Source: Fimbriosthenelais zetlandica (Eukaryota). From it: a stretch of DNA of 64,000 nucleotides. The stretch covers positions 33,542,001-33,606,000 of the forward strand of contig OZ365113.1 in NCBI GenBank assembly GCA_977030845.1, in the 5' to 3' direction. Positions 13,850 through 25,400 of this stretch are shown here, piece by piece. The first letter of the stretch is position 1; every line of letters begins with the position of its first letter. Position numbers and translations under genes: made by a program. The notes beneath the pieces were generated by a model. It made no database searches. It was not told where the DNA came from and saw only the letters and a list, made by a program, of their open reading frames with translations.

Positions 13850-16350
13850 TCCCGATTACTGTGACCGATTCCCCGAAACTTTCTCAACACAGAGGAAGCA
13901 GAGCCCATCTAAGATTTTCATAGAGATTCATGGATAAGATAGGGAGAGATCTATAGAGAATGATATTGCACCAACTCTGCTCTTGTAAGTGGATTCTAGA
14001 TGTTTGACGTCCTTGCACCTGATGATCGCAAGATATCGCTACTGTATGAAAGTGGGCCCAGACTCATCGTCCCTGGTTGGTGCTATATTTTCTTAAACCA
14101 TCGTTCCAAGGAGCTCCTGCACCCGCAATGGGCATGGGAGGAGATACAAATCCAATTACTGATAGACATCTACTGCTGGGCCACAGCATGGTAGCGACCC
14201 TAATCTCCATTTCACGATGGGAAATAATGTTAGCCTATTCAATAAGAAGACATTTAAGCACATCCCTGACCTCTGATTTCAGGCTTCAAATAGGATTTTG
14301 AAGCTGTATGCACCTGCAACTGGCCACCATTGCCTCTTGCTTCCAACACAAGTCCATGAGATAAAAATCGCGATTTTTATCACTGCTTCTACTGGGACCT
14401 CCTGGATCAATACTAAGATAATACCCAATAGTTCTGTCGCCAGTTTAACCATTATTCCCTGCTTGATAAAAAAAACACCATTCCCAATCATGACTCCTTG
14501 ATGCCACCTGTCCCATAGAAGTAATGGAATTTTTAATGAATCCCACAGATTTTCTCCTGGCCCATTTTCCACATGAGACCTTCTGGAATCAATATCTGAT
14601 CAGATTAGGCAATGGCATATTTAAATTAAAACAGGAAGCGTAGGTAGTCTGATCATGCATGAACAAAAAGTAAATTGTATACTTAAACTGTAAAAGCAAA
14701 TGAATTTTGTAAATAGAAGAGAAAGAGAACAGGAAATAGTCTTAGCAGAATGTTGGACTTTGGGTTATTGCATGATAGGAACCAAGTGTATGGAAATCTG
14801 TGCCTCTTTTATCCCATGAAGTGTGTACTTTTTCTTGGAAAGTAGCCAAAATCTAAGATGGCACGTCTAGCAGTTTCCAGATTTCATTAGTATTTGCCAT
14901 TTAGACTCTCAAGGGTATACTAGGACTTGTTTCACTTACAAGAGAGGGTCACACTTGACCAAAGATTTACCAGTGGCTAATATAGTACCTGCCGTTAGTG
15001 AAATGAACTCCAATCCTGGCAATGTCCCTATACTGTCCCAATGAACCTGATGTTTTGTCAGGCGTGAAATGGAGTAAATGCAATCCTTAAGATTCTGTAG
15101 ATAAAACAGTGATTCTGATGCTGATAGAGCAAATAGGCCTTAAATGAAGGAGAAAGGTTTCATATGGGCAAGGATATTGTGCTTCAACTTCAAACATTTA
15201 TGATGATATGGAACAGTATGGCATTCTGGAATAACAAAGAAAGATCTATAGGAATCAAAGGAAGTTAGTGTATACTTGACACTCAGAATAAAATACCCTT
15301 TAAGATGTGTCATGAAAAAGGCAAATTGTTTTCTGCTTGTATTATGCACAAGTGTATATTTACTGTCTGTCTTTTGGTATACCTAGACAAAAGTGAATCA
15401 ATAATGATATCAGTTCTTTATTTATAAACCTCTCTTTGGATCAAAGGGAAAGTATGCAAAAAGCTTCGAATATTTTGCATATATATTATGCATAACTGCA
15501 GGGTAGCGTCTAGACATTTAGATATGGATATCTTCAACAAGGTGATTCAGTAACCTGCAAAGTGGAGACCAACAGGGTTCCATTTGCCATGCCTTCATGT
15601 ATACACAATTGCTTGACAAGCTTAGCGTGCCCTTTCATCCGAAGATCAAATGCCATTGCTTGCTTCGCAAATTGCACCAACCGACATAATCCAATTGGAG
15701 GATGGGAGCCTGCAGTCCAAATAAGTCATGGCACAACTCAGTAATAAGGAATTGTTTATGGTTTAGGCACTTGGTGTGATTGCCGGCGGAAATGGCTGAT
15801 GGCATTTTGTCTTTTCATTAACTCTGCAAACTGGGAATGCATTAGCGTTTGGAGAAGCACATTTGGGTAAAGCGCTGGTCTATTCAAGGTTGTCGTTCGT
15901 CTTCTCCGGCAAATGACTTGCATACAAAAGGGTCATTACTCCAAGGTGCTGAGACTCGGCGCACAACAAATGTGATGGGGCGGTGTGTCTGTCTTTGTCC
16001 TGGGATCTGTTCACATCTGTGTTATTTCTGATGAGATTGCCCCTTGATGACTACATCTTTGTGCACTGGGGCCTGGCCTTTCATATAAATTACCATTGCC
16101 TTAATGATAACTGTTGTCATTGGGCATACCATTGATTCTGAAGGCAGCAGGTCTTATATGACATCTGTATTTACCGTATTCTACTGACACTCTCTTTGCA
16201 GTACAGCAAATGAATGTATTTTGGAAAAGGTTTTCCTTCAGCACATATATTCTGATTTCACCACAGCTGTTTTCCTATGTGCTGTACCAATCAATCAGTT
16301 ATACAAGTCAATACCATTAAGCAGACTTTACAAAGTAATATCTTTATATC
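13850..16350 (-). mobile_element. Degenerate Ty3/gypsy pol remnant (RT then integrase)
   Basis: Minus-strand ELCHDLFGLQAPILQLD (~15690-15740) resembles MPFGLxxAPATFQRLMD; RDDESGPTFIQ*RYLAIIRCKDVKHLESTY (~13985-14075) resembles integrase SDNGPxF..GIKH. RT precedes IN, which is the gypsy order. Confidence 0.4.
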
Positions 16351-17069
16351 CAGGTCACAATATAGAAGCTGTCCACGAGGCCTTTTAAGCCAGCTAACAG
16401 TTCTGATCAAAAGCCCCCTCGGCAGACACTCTTCTTTCCATCACAGAAAAGGCCGAAAATTGATCCTTGAAAAGAGTGTAACATTGTCCACACTGACCCA
16501 TCTGACCTTCTGAAACTTTGGAGAAGCCCCTCAATGGGTCTTTGGATCAAACCCAACACTTCAAGCCCAGGGCTATTGCTACAAAGGATATTTCACATAG
16601 TGAAACGGGATCACTACTATCACCTAAATCCTCTTTAATCCCCATTTGGTATCGACTTACCATTCCTAATTCATTTCATTCCTCAAATCAAGAAGGTACA
16701 CCCTTTAATGCATTGCCTGTACAATCCACATGGGTGTAGGACTAGTGACCTTTTCACTAGCAATAAGGAACCTGCAACCTTTCTTCCTGATAGTGTTTCT
16801 ACGTCAGATACATTCATTTGTAAGGTCATGGTGTGGACTTAACTTGTGTGGTTGTAGGGAATAGTCTGTAATATTTATTGCAAATATTTATGCCAGTAAG
16901 ACTTGCTGCAATTAGGTTTATGTCAAGAACATCCATTGACTTAAATATAGACTTTTCGAAATAAATCACATTGAGAAATGCAATATCTTAATCCTGCATT
17001 GGAGTAAAAATTTCCCATGTTATATACTCTTCCAGTCACTACATTGTTCATGTAATGCTGTCCCAACAT

Positions 17070-17274
17070 TATTGAAAGTTGTATACCATAGGGAGCAGGT
17101 GTGGATCACCGACCACACTGGTCAGTGGTCAGTAGTAGAAAGGGATCGAGTGCAGTGAATGTGTGTGTGAGCTTGATCCTTCACAGTTCAGTGATCCTTC
17201 AGTTTGGGAAGCCATATGTGTATAGGTATAGTTACATAGTTTGTATGGGAAGACATGTGCATATATTTTCAACA
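17070..17274 (-). repeat. 3' LTR of the copia element
   Basis: 205 bp, reading TGTTGAAAA...CTTTCAATA on the minus strand; no differences from 21364-21568 by eye. Confidence 0.97.
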
Positions 17275-17283
17275 CTCCTCCTC
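17275..17283 (-). other. Polypurine tract (PPT) of the copia element
   Basis: GAGGAGGAG immediately upstream of the 3' LTR on the minus strand. Confidence 0.85.
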
Positions 17284-17526
17284 AAACTGACAGTATTACC
17301 ACGCTCTAGTGCTACAGTATCAGAGTTACAGCTCAAAAATTAAACTCTCAGTAGGCATGAAATAGATCCATATTTGATTTGTAGTTCACAATAATGAATA
17401 TCCAATATCCCAAAAATAATCCTAGGTTAGTAGAGAACAGCAGAACAACGTCAAGGAACGTAACATCTAACCAGAAAAACTGAACATATTAATAAGCACA
17501 ATATGTACAAACCACTCATTGTTGAT

Positions 17527-17934
17527 CTAATGAGCAATTACCTGCATTGCGTCACGGAAGTAGTTGTGTTTTTCCCTTCCGAGACCTTTGGTTAGAATAT
17601 CAGCAATCATCATAGCAGTAGCACAGTATGACAATTTCACAGCTTTCTTTTCAACAACTTCTCTTATATAGTGAAACTTTATGTCGATATGTTTTGCCCT
17701 GCTATGAAACTGAGGATTTTTTGTCATAGCGATTGCTGACTGACTGTCATCATATATGAGTACTGGATCAGATGATGGTCCATTCAACATTTGTAGAAGC
17801 TCTCTTAGCCAGATTGCCTCTTGTGCAGCTGAAGATAGAGCAATATATTCTGCTTCTGCAGAGGATAATGCAACACATGTTTGTTTCTTACTTCTCCAGC
17901 TTATTGGAGCTCCAGCAAGAATGAATAAGTGACC
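17527..17934 (-). pseudogene. Out-of-frame C-terminal RNase H of the copia element
   Basis: Frame reads GHLFILAGAPISWRSKKQTCVALSSAEAEYIAL...DSQSAIAMTKNPQFHSRAKHIDIKFHYIRE...MIADILTKGL, typical copia RNase H. It lacks the upstream YxDADWA segment and is out of frame with the main ORF. Confidence 0.9.
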
Positions 17935-20900
17935 TGTATACCAAGGAAATTAGTAATATGACCAAGATCTTTTACATCAAATCCTTCTGAAATGAGCTTC
18001 TTCATTCTTTTCATTTCTGTTTCAGTCTTGGTTGCAATAAGAATGTCATCGACATATACTGCCACAATTACATCTTTCCAAGTATATAAACATGGATCTG
18101 CACTAGACTGCTTTAGACCAATCGACTTCAAATATGAATCTAGTGCTACATTCCAGCACCTTGGTGCTTGTTTCAACCCATATAGGGATTTCTTCAATTT
18201 GCAGACCAGCTGCTCCTCACCTTTCTTAATGGTGCCTTCAGGTTGAGCCATGTAGACATCTTCATCTAGAGTTCCGTTCAAGAAGGCGGTAGTCACATCC
18301 ATCTGATGTAGACTGAGGCCTTTCTGTGCTGCCAAGGCTATGACAGTCCGCACAGATTCTGGTCTGACGACAGGACAGAATGTTTCATCATAGTCACATC
18401 CATATCTTTGATTGAAACCCTGAGCAACCAAACGGGCCTTATACCGCTCAATCTTTCCTTCTGCTGTTTTCTTTATCTTAAAGACCCACTTGCAACCCAC
18501 TACTCTGCAGTCTTTTGGAGGTTTAACCAAGTCCCAGACATCCATCCTTTGTAATGACTGTAATTCAGCATCCATAGCAGTCTGCCATTTAGTCTGGTCC
18601 TTCTCCATCGCTTCCTTGTAGTTTCTTGGGTCAGAAACAATAGTCACCCACTCACCGAGTCTATCTGGAGCTCGGCGCTCCCGTCCAGATCTCCTAGGTT
18701 CTTCACCTCCTAGATCATCTTGCTGAGGTACTTGACGTTCTTCATCACCTGGCACTACCCTCGTCTCAGGTAGTTCTTGAGTAGCCTCCTGATGCTCCTC
18801 CTCCAAGTTAGAAGACTCAAAGTGTACATAACGCTTCTCTGTACTCATGGATTCATTGAAAATCACATCTCGACTGTGAATCACTTTTGACCTAGTTGTG
18901 TCATAAAGTCTATATCCCTTCACACAGTCGCCATATCCAAAAAAGACACACTTTCTAGACTTGGAATCAAGCTTGTTACGCTCATCCTTGGGAATATGAG
19001 CATAACAAGTACTTCCAAATACCCTCAGATTCGACACATCTGGTTTCTCACCATTCAAGGCTTCATATGGAGTTTTTCCAGGAACAGCACTTGTAGAGCT
19101 ACGATTACGGAGGTAGACCGCTGTAGACAAGGCTTCAGCCCAAAAATGTCGTGGCAATTTGTGCAACATACATCTAGTCATCTCCACTAACGTACGGTTC
19201 ATCCGTTCGGATACCCCATTTTGCTCGGGCGTCTTCGGAACTGTCACTTCATGACGTATTCCCTCCTTTTTCAGATATGTTTCAAATTCACCTGATGTGT
19301 ACTCTCCTCCGTTGTCAGACCGAAGTGTCTTCAGCCTGCGACCTGATGACTTCTCTACCATGGCTTTCCACTCCATGAACTTAGAAAAGACTTGATCCTT
19401 AGACTTGAGGAAGTAAACCCAAACATATCGTGTTGAATCGTCTATGAATGTCAGAAAGTACTGTGAGCCACTCAAGGATTTTGGAGTTATTTTCCCACAG
19501 ACATCACTATGAACAAGATCAAGAACTTCAGTACTTTGTCTTTTACTACTAGGGAACTTTGTACGATGGTTCTTACCTTCAGCACATCCTTCACAAAAAT
19601 TTAAGCTACTTGAAGGATCAAAGGTGAAACCATTTACCATCTCCTTACTGGCTAGTTGTCTCATACCGTCAAGTCCCAGATGACCATACCTTTCATGCCA
19701 TATGTTCACCTTGGATTGCTCCTGTTCCGTTGTCTGGACCGCTTGACGAGACAAACTGTAATCAAGATAATACAAAAATCCAATTCTACTAGCAGTCGCT
19801 ATGATCTTCTCTCCTGACTTAATCTGACATCCCTCATTGCTGAACATAAATACCATTCCAGCTTCACTTGCCTTAGATACACTCAGAAGATTATACTTCA
19901 GTCCTGGTACATACAACACATTGAGTAATGTGCAAGTTCGCGTCTTCCCACCTGGTAGTCTTAGTTGAAGTTTAATGTCACCAACCCCAGTGGCCTCCAG
20001 AGAATACCCATCACCAACAGAAACACTTGAAGGTTCAGTCTTTTTCAGGCTGTTGAAAAATTTCCTTTCATGACACATATGTGCAGTAGCACCTGAATCC
20101 ACAACCCAGTTCTCTGAACCACCAACAGAGTTCGATAAAGCATGCTCAACTATAAATGACACATCTTCCTCTCGAGGCTCTGCTTGATGAGAACTCGTAC
20201 TGAACGCTCGTCCCTGTTTCTTTGACTTCTCTGACTCATTAATCTTCTCTCTCAAAACCGGGCATTTCTTCTTAATATGACCGAACTTCCGGCAGTAATA
20301 ACATAGCGGCCCTTTCTTCTCTCGTGATGCCAACACCATTTCCTTGACCCCACTGTTTGATCGATCATTCAACTTCTGTTCTTCGTGACGTAGTCTCTCA
20401 ATCACTGTTTCCATCGCAGGGACATTTTCCAGGGCTTCAAACGCTGTCACTAACATATGAAAAGAATCAGGGAGACTTGCCAAGAGATAAATGACACGAT
20501 CTTCATCCTCAACAGGATCTCCAATAACAGCGAGTTCGTTAAAAATCTCTGTCATTACCTTGATATGATCATCTACCCCTTCTCCCTCCGCTAACTTCAT
20601 AGAAAATAGCTTTCTTCTTAAAGACAACTTATTTGCCCAAGTCCTCTTTTGAAATTGATTTCGAAGTTGATCCCAAACATCTTTAGGGTTATCTGGCTCA
20701 GCCAACAAATACAGTAGTGAAACATCCACAGACAATACAATAATAGCAAGGGCTTTGTCAGTCCTTATCCTGTATTTATCCTTAGTATTGGCGTCTGCAG
20801 TATCACCTGGTTTCACTTCTGTCCCAGAAACAATACCCCACAAATTTTCTTTCTTTAACGCCATTTGACACTGAATTTTCCATGTTGCATAATTCGACCC

Positions 20901-20948
20901 CTTTAGAGGAATTATCACACTATTTCCACTATTGCTTGAAGTAGCCAT
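17901..20948 (-). CDS. Copia Gag-Pol polyprotein, truncated in RT (about 1015 aa from ATG 20948)
   Basis: Motifs seen: Gag zinc knuckle CYYCRKFGHIKKKC, protease WVVDSGATAHM, integrase HERYGH..CEGC with SDVCG/SDNGGEY/ERMNRTLVE and GY..KGYRLYD, RT QMDVTTAFLNG, LKKSLYGLKQAPRCW and YVDD. The ORF ends shortly after FLGIQV. Confidence 0.95.
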   Translation of the reverse strand: MATSSNSGNSVIIPLKGSNYATWKIQCQMALKKENLWGIVSGTEVKPGDTADANTKDKYRIRTDKALAIIVLSVDVSLLYLLAEPDNPKDVWDQLRNQFQKRTWANKLSLRRKLFSMKLAEGEGVDDHIKVMTEIFNELAVIGDPVEDEDRVIYLLASLPDSFHMLVTAFEALENVPAMETVIERLRHEEQKLNDRSNSGVKEMVLASREKKGPLCYYCRKFGHIKKKCPVLREKINESEKSKKQGRAFSTSSHQAEPREEDVSFIVEHALSNSVGGSENWVVDSGATAHMCHERKFFNSLKKTEPSSVSVGDGYSLEATGVGDIKLQLRLPGGKTRTCTLLNVLYVPGLKYNLLSVSKASEAGMVFMFSNEGCQIKSGEKIIATASRIGFLYYLDYSLSRQAVQTTEQEQSKVNIWHERYGHLGLDGMRQLASKEMVNGFTFDPSSSLNFCEGCAEGKNHRTKFPSSKRQSTEVLDLVHSDVCGKITPKSLSGSQYFLTFIDDSTRYVWVYFLKSKDQVFSKFMEWKAMVEKSSGRRLKTLRSDNGGEYTSGEFETYLKKEGIRHEVTVPKTPEQNGVSERMNRTLVEMTRCMLHKLPRHFWAEALSTAVYLRNRSSTSAVPGKTPYEALNGEKPDVSNLRVFGSTCYAHIPKDERNKLDSKSRKCVFFGYGDCVKGYRLYDTTRSKVIHSRDVIFNESMSTEKRYVHFESSNLEEEHQEATQELPETRVVPGDEERQVPQQDDLGGEEPRRSGRERRAPDRLGEWVTIVSDPRNYKEAMEKDQTKWQTAMDAELQSLQRMDVWDLVKPPKDCRVVGCKWVFKIKKTAEGKIERYKARLVAQGFNQRYGCDYDETFCPVVRPESVRTVIALAAQKGLSLHQMDVTTAFLNGTLDEDVYMAQPEGTIKKGEEQLVCKLKKSLYGLKQAPRCWNVALDSYLKSIGLKQSSADPCLYTWKDVIVAVYVDDILIATKTETEMKRMKKLISEGFDVKDLGHITNFLGIQVTYSFLLELQ

Positions 20949-21349
20949 CTTTGTAATACCATAGATACAACACTCAACTTTGCAATATATCAATACTGTC
21001 AAAACTGTTCATAAAGTTCAGAATTTGTGCATAATCCTGTAATACTTAATTATGAATCCTCTATGTAAACACATGTACCTACTGAGAGAACCAAAGCACT
21101 GTTCATGTATAGAGCTGTTTCAACAAAGTACCAAGGACACAGTCAATAACTGTCAGCACACTGTCAGTATGAGTCAGCAATTTTCATAACACATGAAAAA
21201 ATGAGGAGAGTGATGAAAAAGTTACAAAGTCACACAAATACACTTAGCTGCACTTCCCAAACAATATGTAGTACTGGTAGTAGTGTTCCTATGAGGTTTT
21301 GTTGCAACTGCAAGTCATGGCGTGGAGTACTATACTGTGTCTGCATGCT

Positions 21350-21363
21350 CTGGGCCCATAACC
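21350..21363 (-). other. Primer binding site complementary to the anticodon arm of initiator tRNA-Met (half-tRNA priming)
   Basis: GGTTATGGGCCCAG directly abuts the 5' LTR; this is the known Drosophila copia-type PBS. Confidence 0.9.
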
Positions 21364-21568
21364 TATTGAAAGTTGTATACCATAGGGAGCAGGTGTGGAT
21401 CACCGACCACACTGGTCAGTGGTCAGTAGTAGAAAGGGATCGAGTGCAGTGAATGTGTGTGTGAGCTTGATCCTTCACAGTTCAGTGATCCTTCAGTTTG
21501 GGAAGCCATATGTGTATAGGTATAGTTACATAGTTTGTATGGGAAGACATGTGCATATATTTTCAACA
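21364..21568 (-). repeat. 5' LTR of the copia element
   Basis: Identical copy of 17070-17274, followed by the PBS on the minus strand. Confidence 0.97.
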
Positions 21569-21866
21569 AACATTGCCTACACCTACAGTATAATGGTGTG
21601 GCACCCTATACATAGGATCAATACTGATGGCATCAATGCAGCTACAACCGTAAAGTGTGAATGTAGGGAGGGGAGGATTGGGATGCCAAACGGGCCCCAC
21701 CTCTCAGTAATTTGCCACTCACCTATCACCCACAACTAGCTGGTGGCAGACTGGAGCTGCCTCCACCAGAGCAAATTGATGTCTGAAATCACCTCATAAG
21801 GTCCGGAACCAATCCCCATTTATCATCACCATTCATTTCGCCCATTTTGGATTCATGTACAAAGTT

Positions 21867-22330
21867 GTTATTGTCCAAAATACTTTGTATACTATTGTTT
21901 TGGGCTGTCCAATGTGTATTTGATGGCACATAATTGCTTCAATGTGCTTTTAGGGTTTTACTCTGGAATCTGAATTCAGACCCCACCCTACACTTAACAA
22001 TTTTGTTATTGTCCAAAGTGCCTTGTACTTTTGATTTCTGTTGTCCTTCCAATGTGGATTTTATTGTGCAAAATTGCCATGGATTCTCATTTTGGTTTTG
22101 AAAGCTTTGAGTAGCACATCAACTTCAATGTGCTTTTGGATTCGATTTTGATACTGAATATGAATTTAGACATCCCCCACTAACAAGTTATTGTCAAAAG
22201 TCCCTTTACTTTTTTTCTGCTGTCCACTCTGGATTGCATTGTCCTTTTGGGGTTCAATTCTGATACTGATTCTGAATTTATAATTCCCCCTGGCCTTGTG
22301 AAGCTTGAGTAGCACATCATCAACTACATT
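21867..22330. repeat. Diverged tandem repeat, about 3 units of 140-180 bp
   Basis: GTTATTGTC(C/A)AAA recurs at 21867, 22005 and 22187, with shared TTCAATGTGCTTTT, GATACTGA.T.TGAATT and GAGTAGCACATCA segments. Confidence 0.6.
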
Positions 22331-22449
22331 CAGATGAATGCACTATTTTCTGATATCTCTGATCATGCCATAACAGCCTGCACTCAGAATCTTCCTATAT
22401 AAATCAGACAGCTACATGGTCTAATGTCTGTCATGGCAGATGCCTTGCC

Positions 22450-25400
22450 ATAATGTTTGTAAAAAAGAAAACCTAATGCTTGTATACGATGCCAAGCCAC
22501 CTCATAGCTGAATGGCTGAATGGAGGCTTTCAGTGTATTCTCCACAACTCCTAATAGTATTGCCTGACATTTTCTATGGCACTGTCACAAATATTTTGGA
22601 CAATGTTCATCATGAACTGCCAATTCTGTTAATAAACGCTTCTCGCTTATTTTCCATACAATATTTACAGAGAAGATAAAAACATGACTTTTGAATGTGG
22701 TGAGCAAGACTTCTGCCAATCGATTTCACTCCAGTATCTTAATTACGAATCTAATTTTGTCTTGATGCAGCACAGTTAATTGATTATGCTGTCATTTTCA
22801 TCCATCCCTGTGTCAGAACGATGCTTATGGAACAGGTTTATTTGATATGACCATCTTTTTTAACCCATTCTTTTAGCAATCAGTGGGTATTCTTCGTCTA
22901 ACATTAGCACATCAATATCCTCCTGCCAACGTGCTCAACAAAAACAATCACCAATGTATAAAAAACTGCCTATTGTGCATGTTCTTATGGAGAGTAGTTG
23001 GAAAGAAGTGGAAGAGTGTGCTTGGGCTATGACTGAATAAACGAGGTTCACATTGGGTTTTCTGAGCTGCAAAATAAGTGTGATCCTGAAGGCTGACTGA
23101 ACGCCGATCGCATGAAAGTCTACAGACTGTTTTGCATGTGACGCACGCACTTTTCCAATTTAATATGGCTTTGATTTATTCTTCAGAGCAGTTTTGTAAC
23201 CTGATGCATTACCCTGTTATAGAATAAATTAGCTGTAAAATATCATGTAGCTGTATGAAGCATGTATAAACGCCCCAGACTGAAGCTTTTAGCCATGGTG
23301 ATAAATTCTATAGATCACCATCCTGATAATTATGTTTTAGTAGTATAGGAACAGTGTATATTACAACCAAACTAAATTGGCAGTCCATGGAATGTGTTTC
23401 TAGGTTGTTACAAGAGGCTTTCCTTATAAGTAAGTGGATGTGATTCAGCACACCCCTTCTTCAAATTAATGATACCAGTTCTGTATACAAATTAGTTTCC
23501 TATACCAAAATCACATTAGACCCTATATAGGCCAAGGACATGTATGTGGAATTGTACGAAGGAGAATGCCAAAGGCCAACATCCATTATGTCAAAAACGG
23601 TGGTCTTATATTATGAATATATATTTCTAGTTATACACATACACTGAGGACAAGCAAAGTCTATTACCATCCAAAGACCTAGTATAGCAGAGGGAACCCT
23701 TTTTATCATGGATATTGTTCAAGAGCCTGAGGAGGAGAGATTTAGATAGGTACCCCCATGTGTGGCCCTTTAACAGTCGATAGTATATTCCTCATCCTTT
23801 CCACTTCCCTATCACCCATCGCCATACTGGAGTGATATAGACCCTCTTGGTTTATCCAGAGAACCAATTGTTTTCCTCCATCTATCTTCTATTCCCTAGT
23901 TCCGGCTTTAATATTCTGTCTAGCAATGATTCACCCAGCTGGAGCAGAGAAGTATGAAGCTTATTGCCACTTAACCCGTCAACATGTTCGTTTGGCTTTA
24001 TCATAGGCTATAGGCTATAGGGCCCTTCCTATTTACAGACTACCTTCATTCCATATCCTGGACATTTCCTAATACTGGACACCCATCAGATGTGTCTCTC
24101 TGGTGTTTTGAATGGACCATGGCATCACTGAATTCTTAAAGGGATGCCAAAAACTTGATGCCAAATTAAGTTATTTTCCTATATATATGTAGTTCTGACC
24201 TTAGTTGATCCCACTACAAATGATAGCTGGCTGATGTCCCAGTAGAGAGAAATCAAGTCCTAAATGCCCCAGAGTAAGAGATTCATAAGGGTCAGCCATC
24301 TTGAACAAGTATGATGTCACAGGATGTCACATGGTGTTGGTTAGCCAATCGTAATGAGGAAGGGGTCTGGCCAATGTCATATTTGTACACAGGGGGCCAC
24401 TGAAAACTATACCCAAAACAACTTTACACCAAGTGTTTGGCATCCATTTCAACAAATCTGCCATCCTCTCTAGATTCCTGAGATTTCTACATTTGTAATG
24501 CTTGCATTGGAATCAACCTTACAGTTAGATCGTGCATATCCTAACCCAATTGCCTTTGATTGACCACCGTGTTTACCAATGTCACTGCTGGCCCGCCCCC
24601 AATGCTGGTATATATAATTATGACCATTAACAATCCATTAGTAAGGTGAGTGGTTTGATAGGTCGTTAGACTTCCTACTCCACGTCAGAATCTCATATTC
24701 CAGACTCTTACCTCAGCAGTGGTAAGTAGCATATGGACTCCTTGCGCAGTTCATACTTACAAGGCTGACCTTGCTATACGTAGAGATGAAATGGGCAAAA
24801 CAATGACATGTATGCATGATAAGAGTCTTTTTCAGTGCAGCGAAGTCTTATTTCACTGAATTTCCCAAAATACAACTTCCTTACTCATGTTCTGCCTATC
24901 TTTACACCTCTCCATAATGTCCTTCTGTACATGCTGTCATCAATAATATCAATTACTGCTTCCTTTCTTGTACTGCATGGATATGCCATCTAAAGTTTCT
25001 AGGTTCTTGCCTACATCATCCGCGGCCCTTAACCATATCATTTCCCCTGCTTCTGTTCAGCCCTCGCAGCAATCATTGACTTCAAAGCCTTCTTGAAGCA
25101 ATTCCCTTGCAGCATAGACCATAACCATTACCATTGTGTAAATGCTTAAAAAAACTTTACCAACACAAGTGATCAATAGCCTCCTTAAATGAATTTCAAG
25201 CCCATTTGATTATAGTGCCTTTTTCGCCATCGCTCATCAAGTGTTTTGAGCATGGTCGCTTTAGGACAGGATGCCCTGTCACAGGTGTAATACTAAAGGC
25301 AAGTTTACGTGCAATCTAAACAAGCTCTTCCATTTAAGACGATTTATCACCCGGTGCAAGGCATAAATTCAAGCTCTAATCTGTCACTATTATGGCCAGA

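Larger units (their letters stand above)
17070..21568 (-). mobile_element. Young Ty1/copia LTR retrotransposon (4499 bp) with an internal RT/RNase H deletion
   Basis: Identical 205-bp direct repeats at both ends; 5-bp TSD AACAT (17065-17069 and 21569-21573); PBS and PPT present; gag-PR-IN-RT-RH domain order is diagnostic of copia. Confidence 0.97.

Noticed and set aside
17101-17343. Duplicated short ORFs MDHRPHW... (also 21395-21739)
   Set aside because: Antisense read-through of the two identical LTRs, not genes.
20949-21002. N-terminal extension of the ORF-track copia protein (MTVLIY...)
   Set aside because: It begins at a non-ATG codon; the first ATG in good context is at 20948 (MATSSN).
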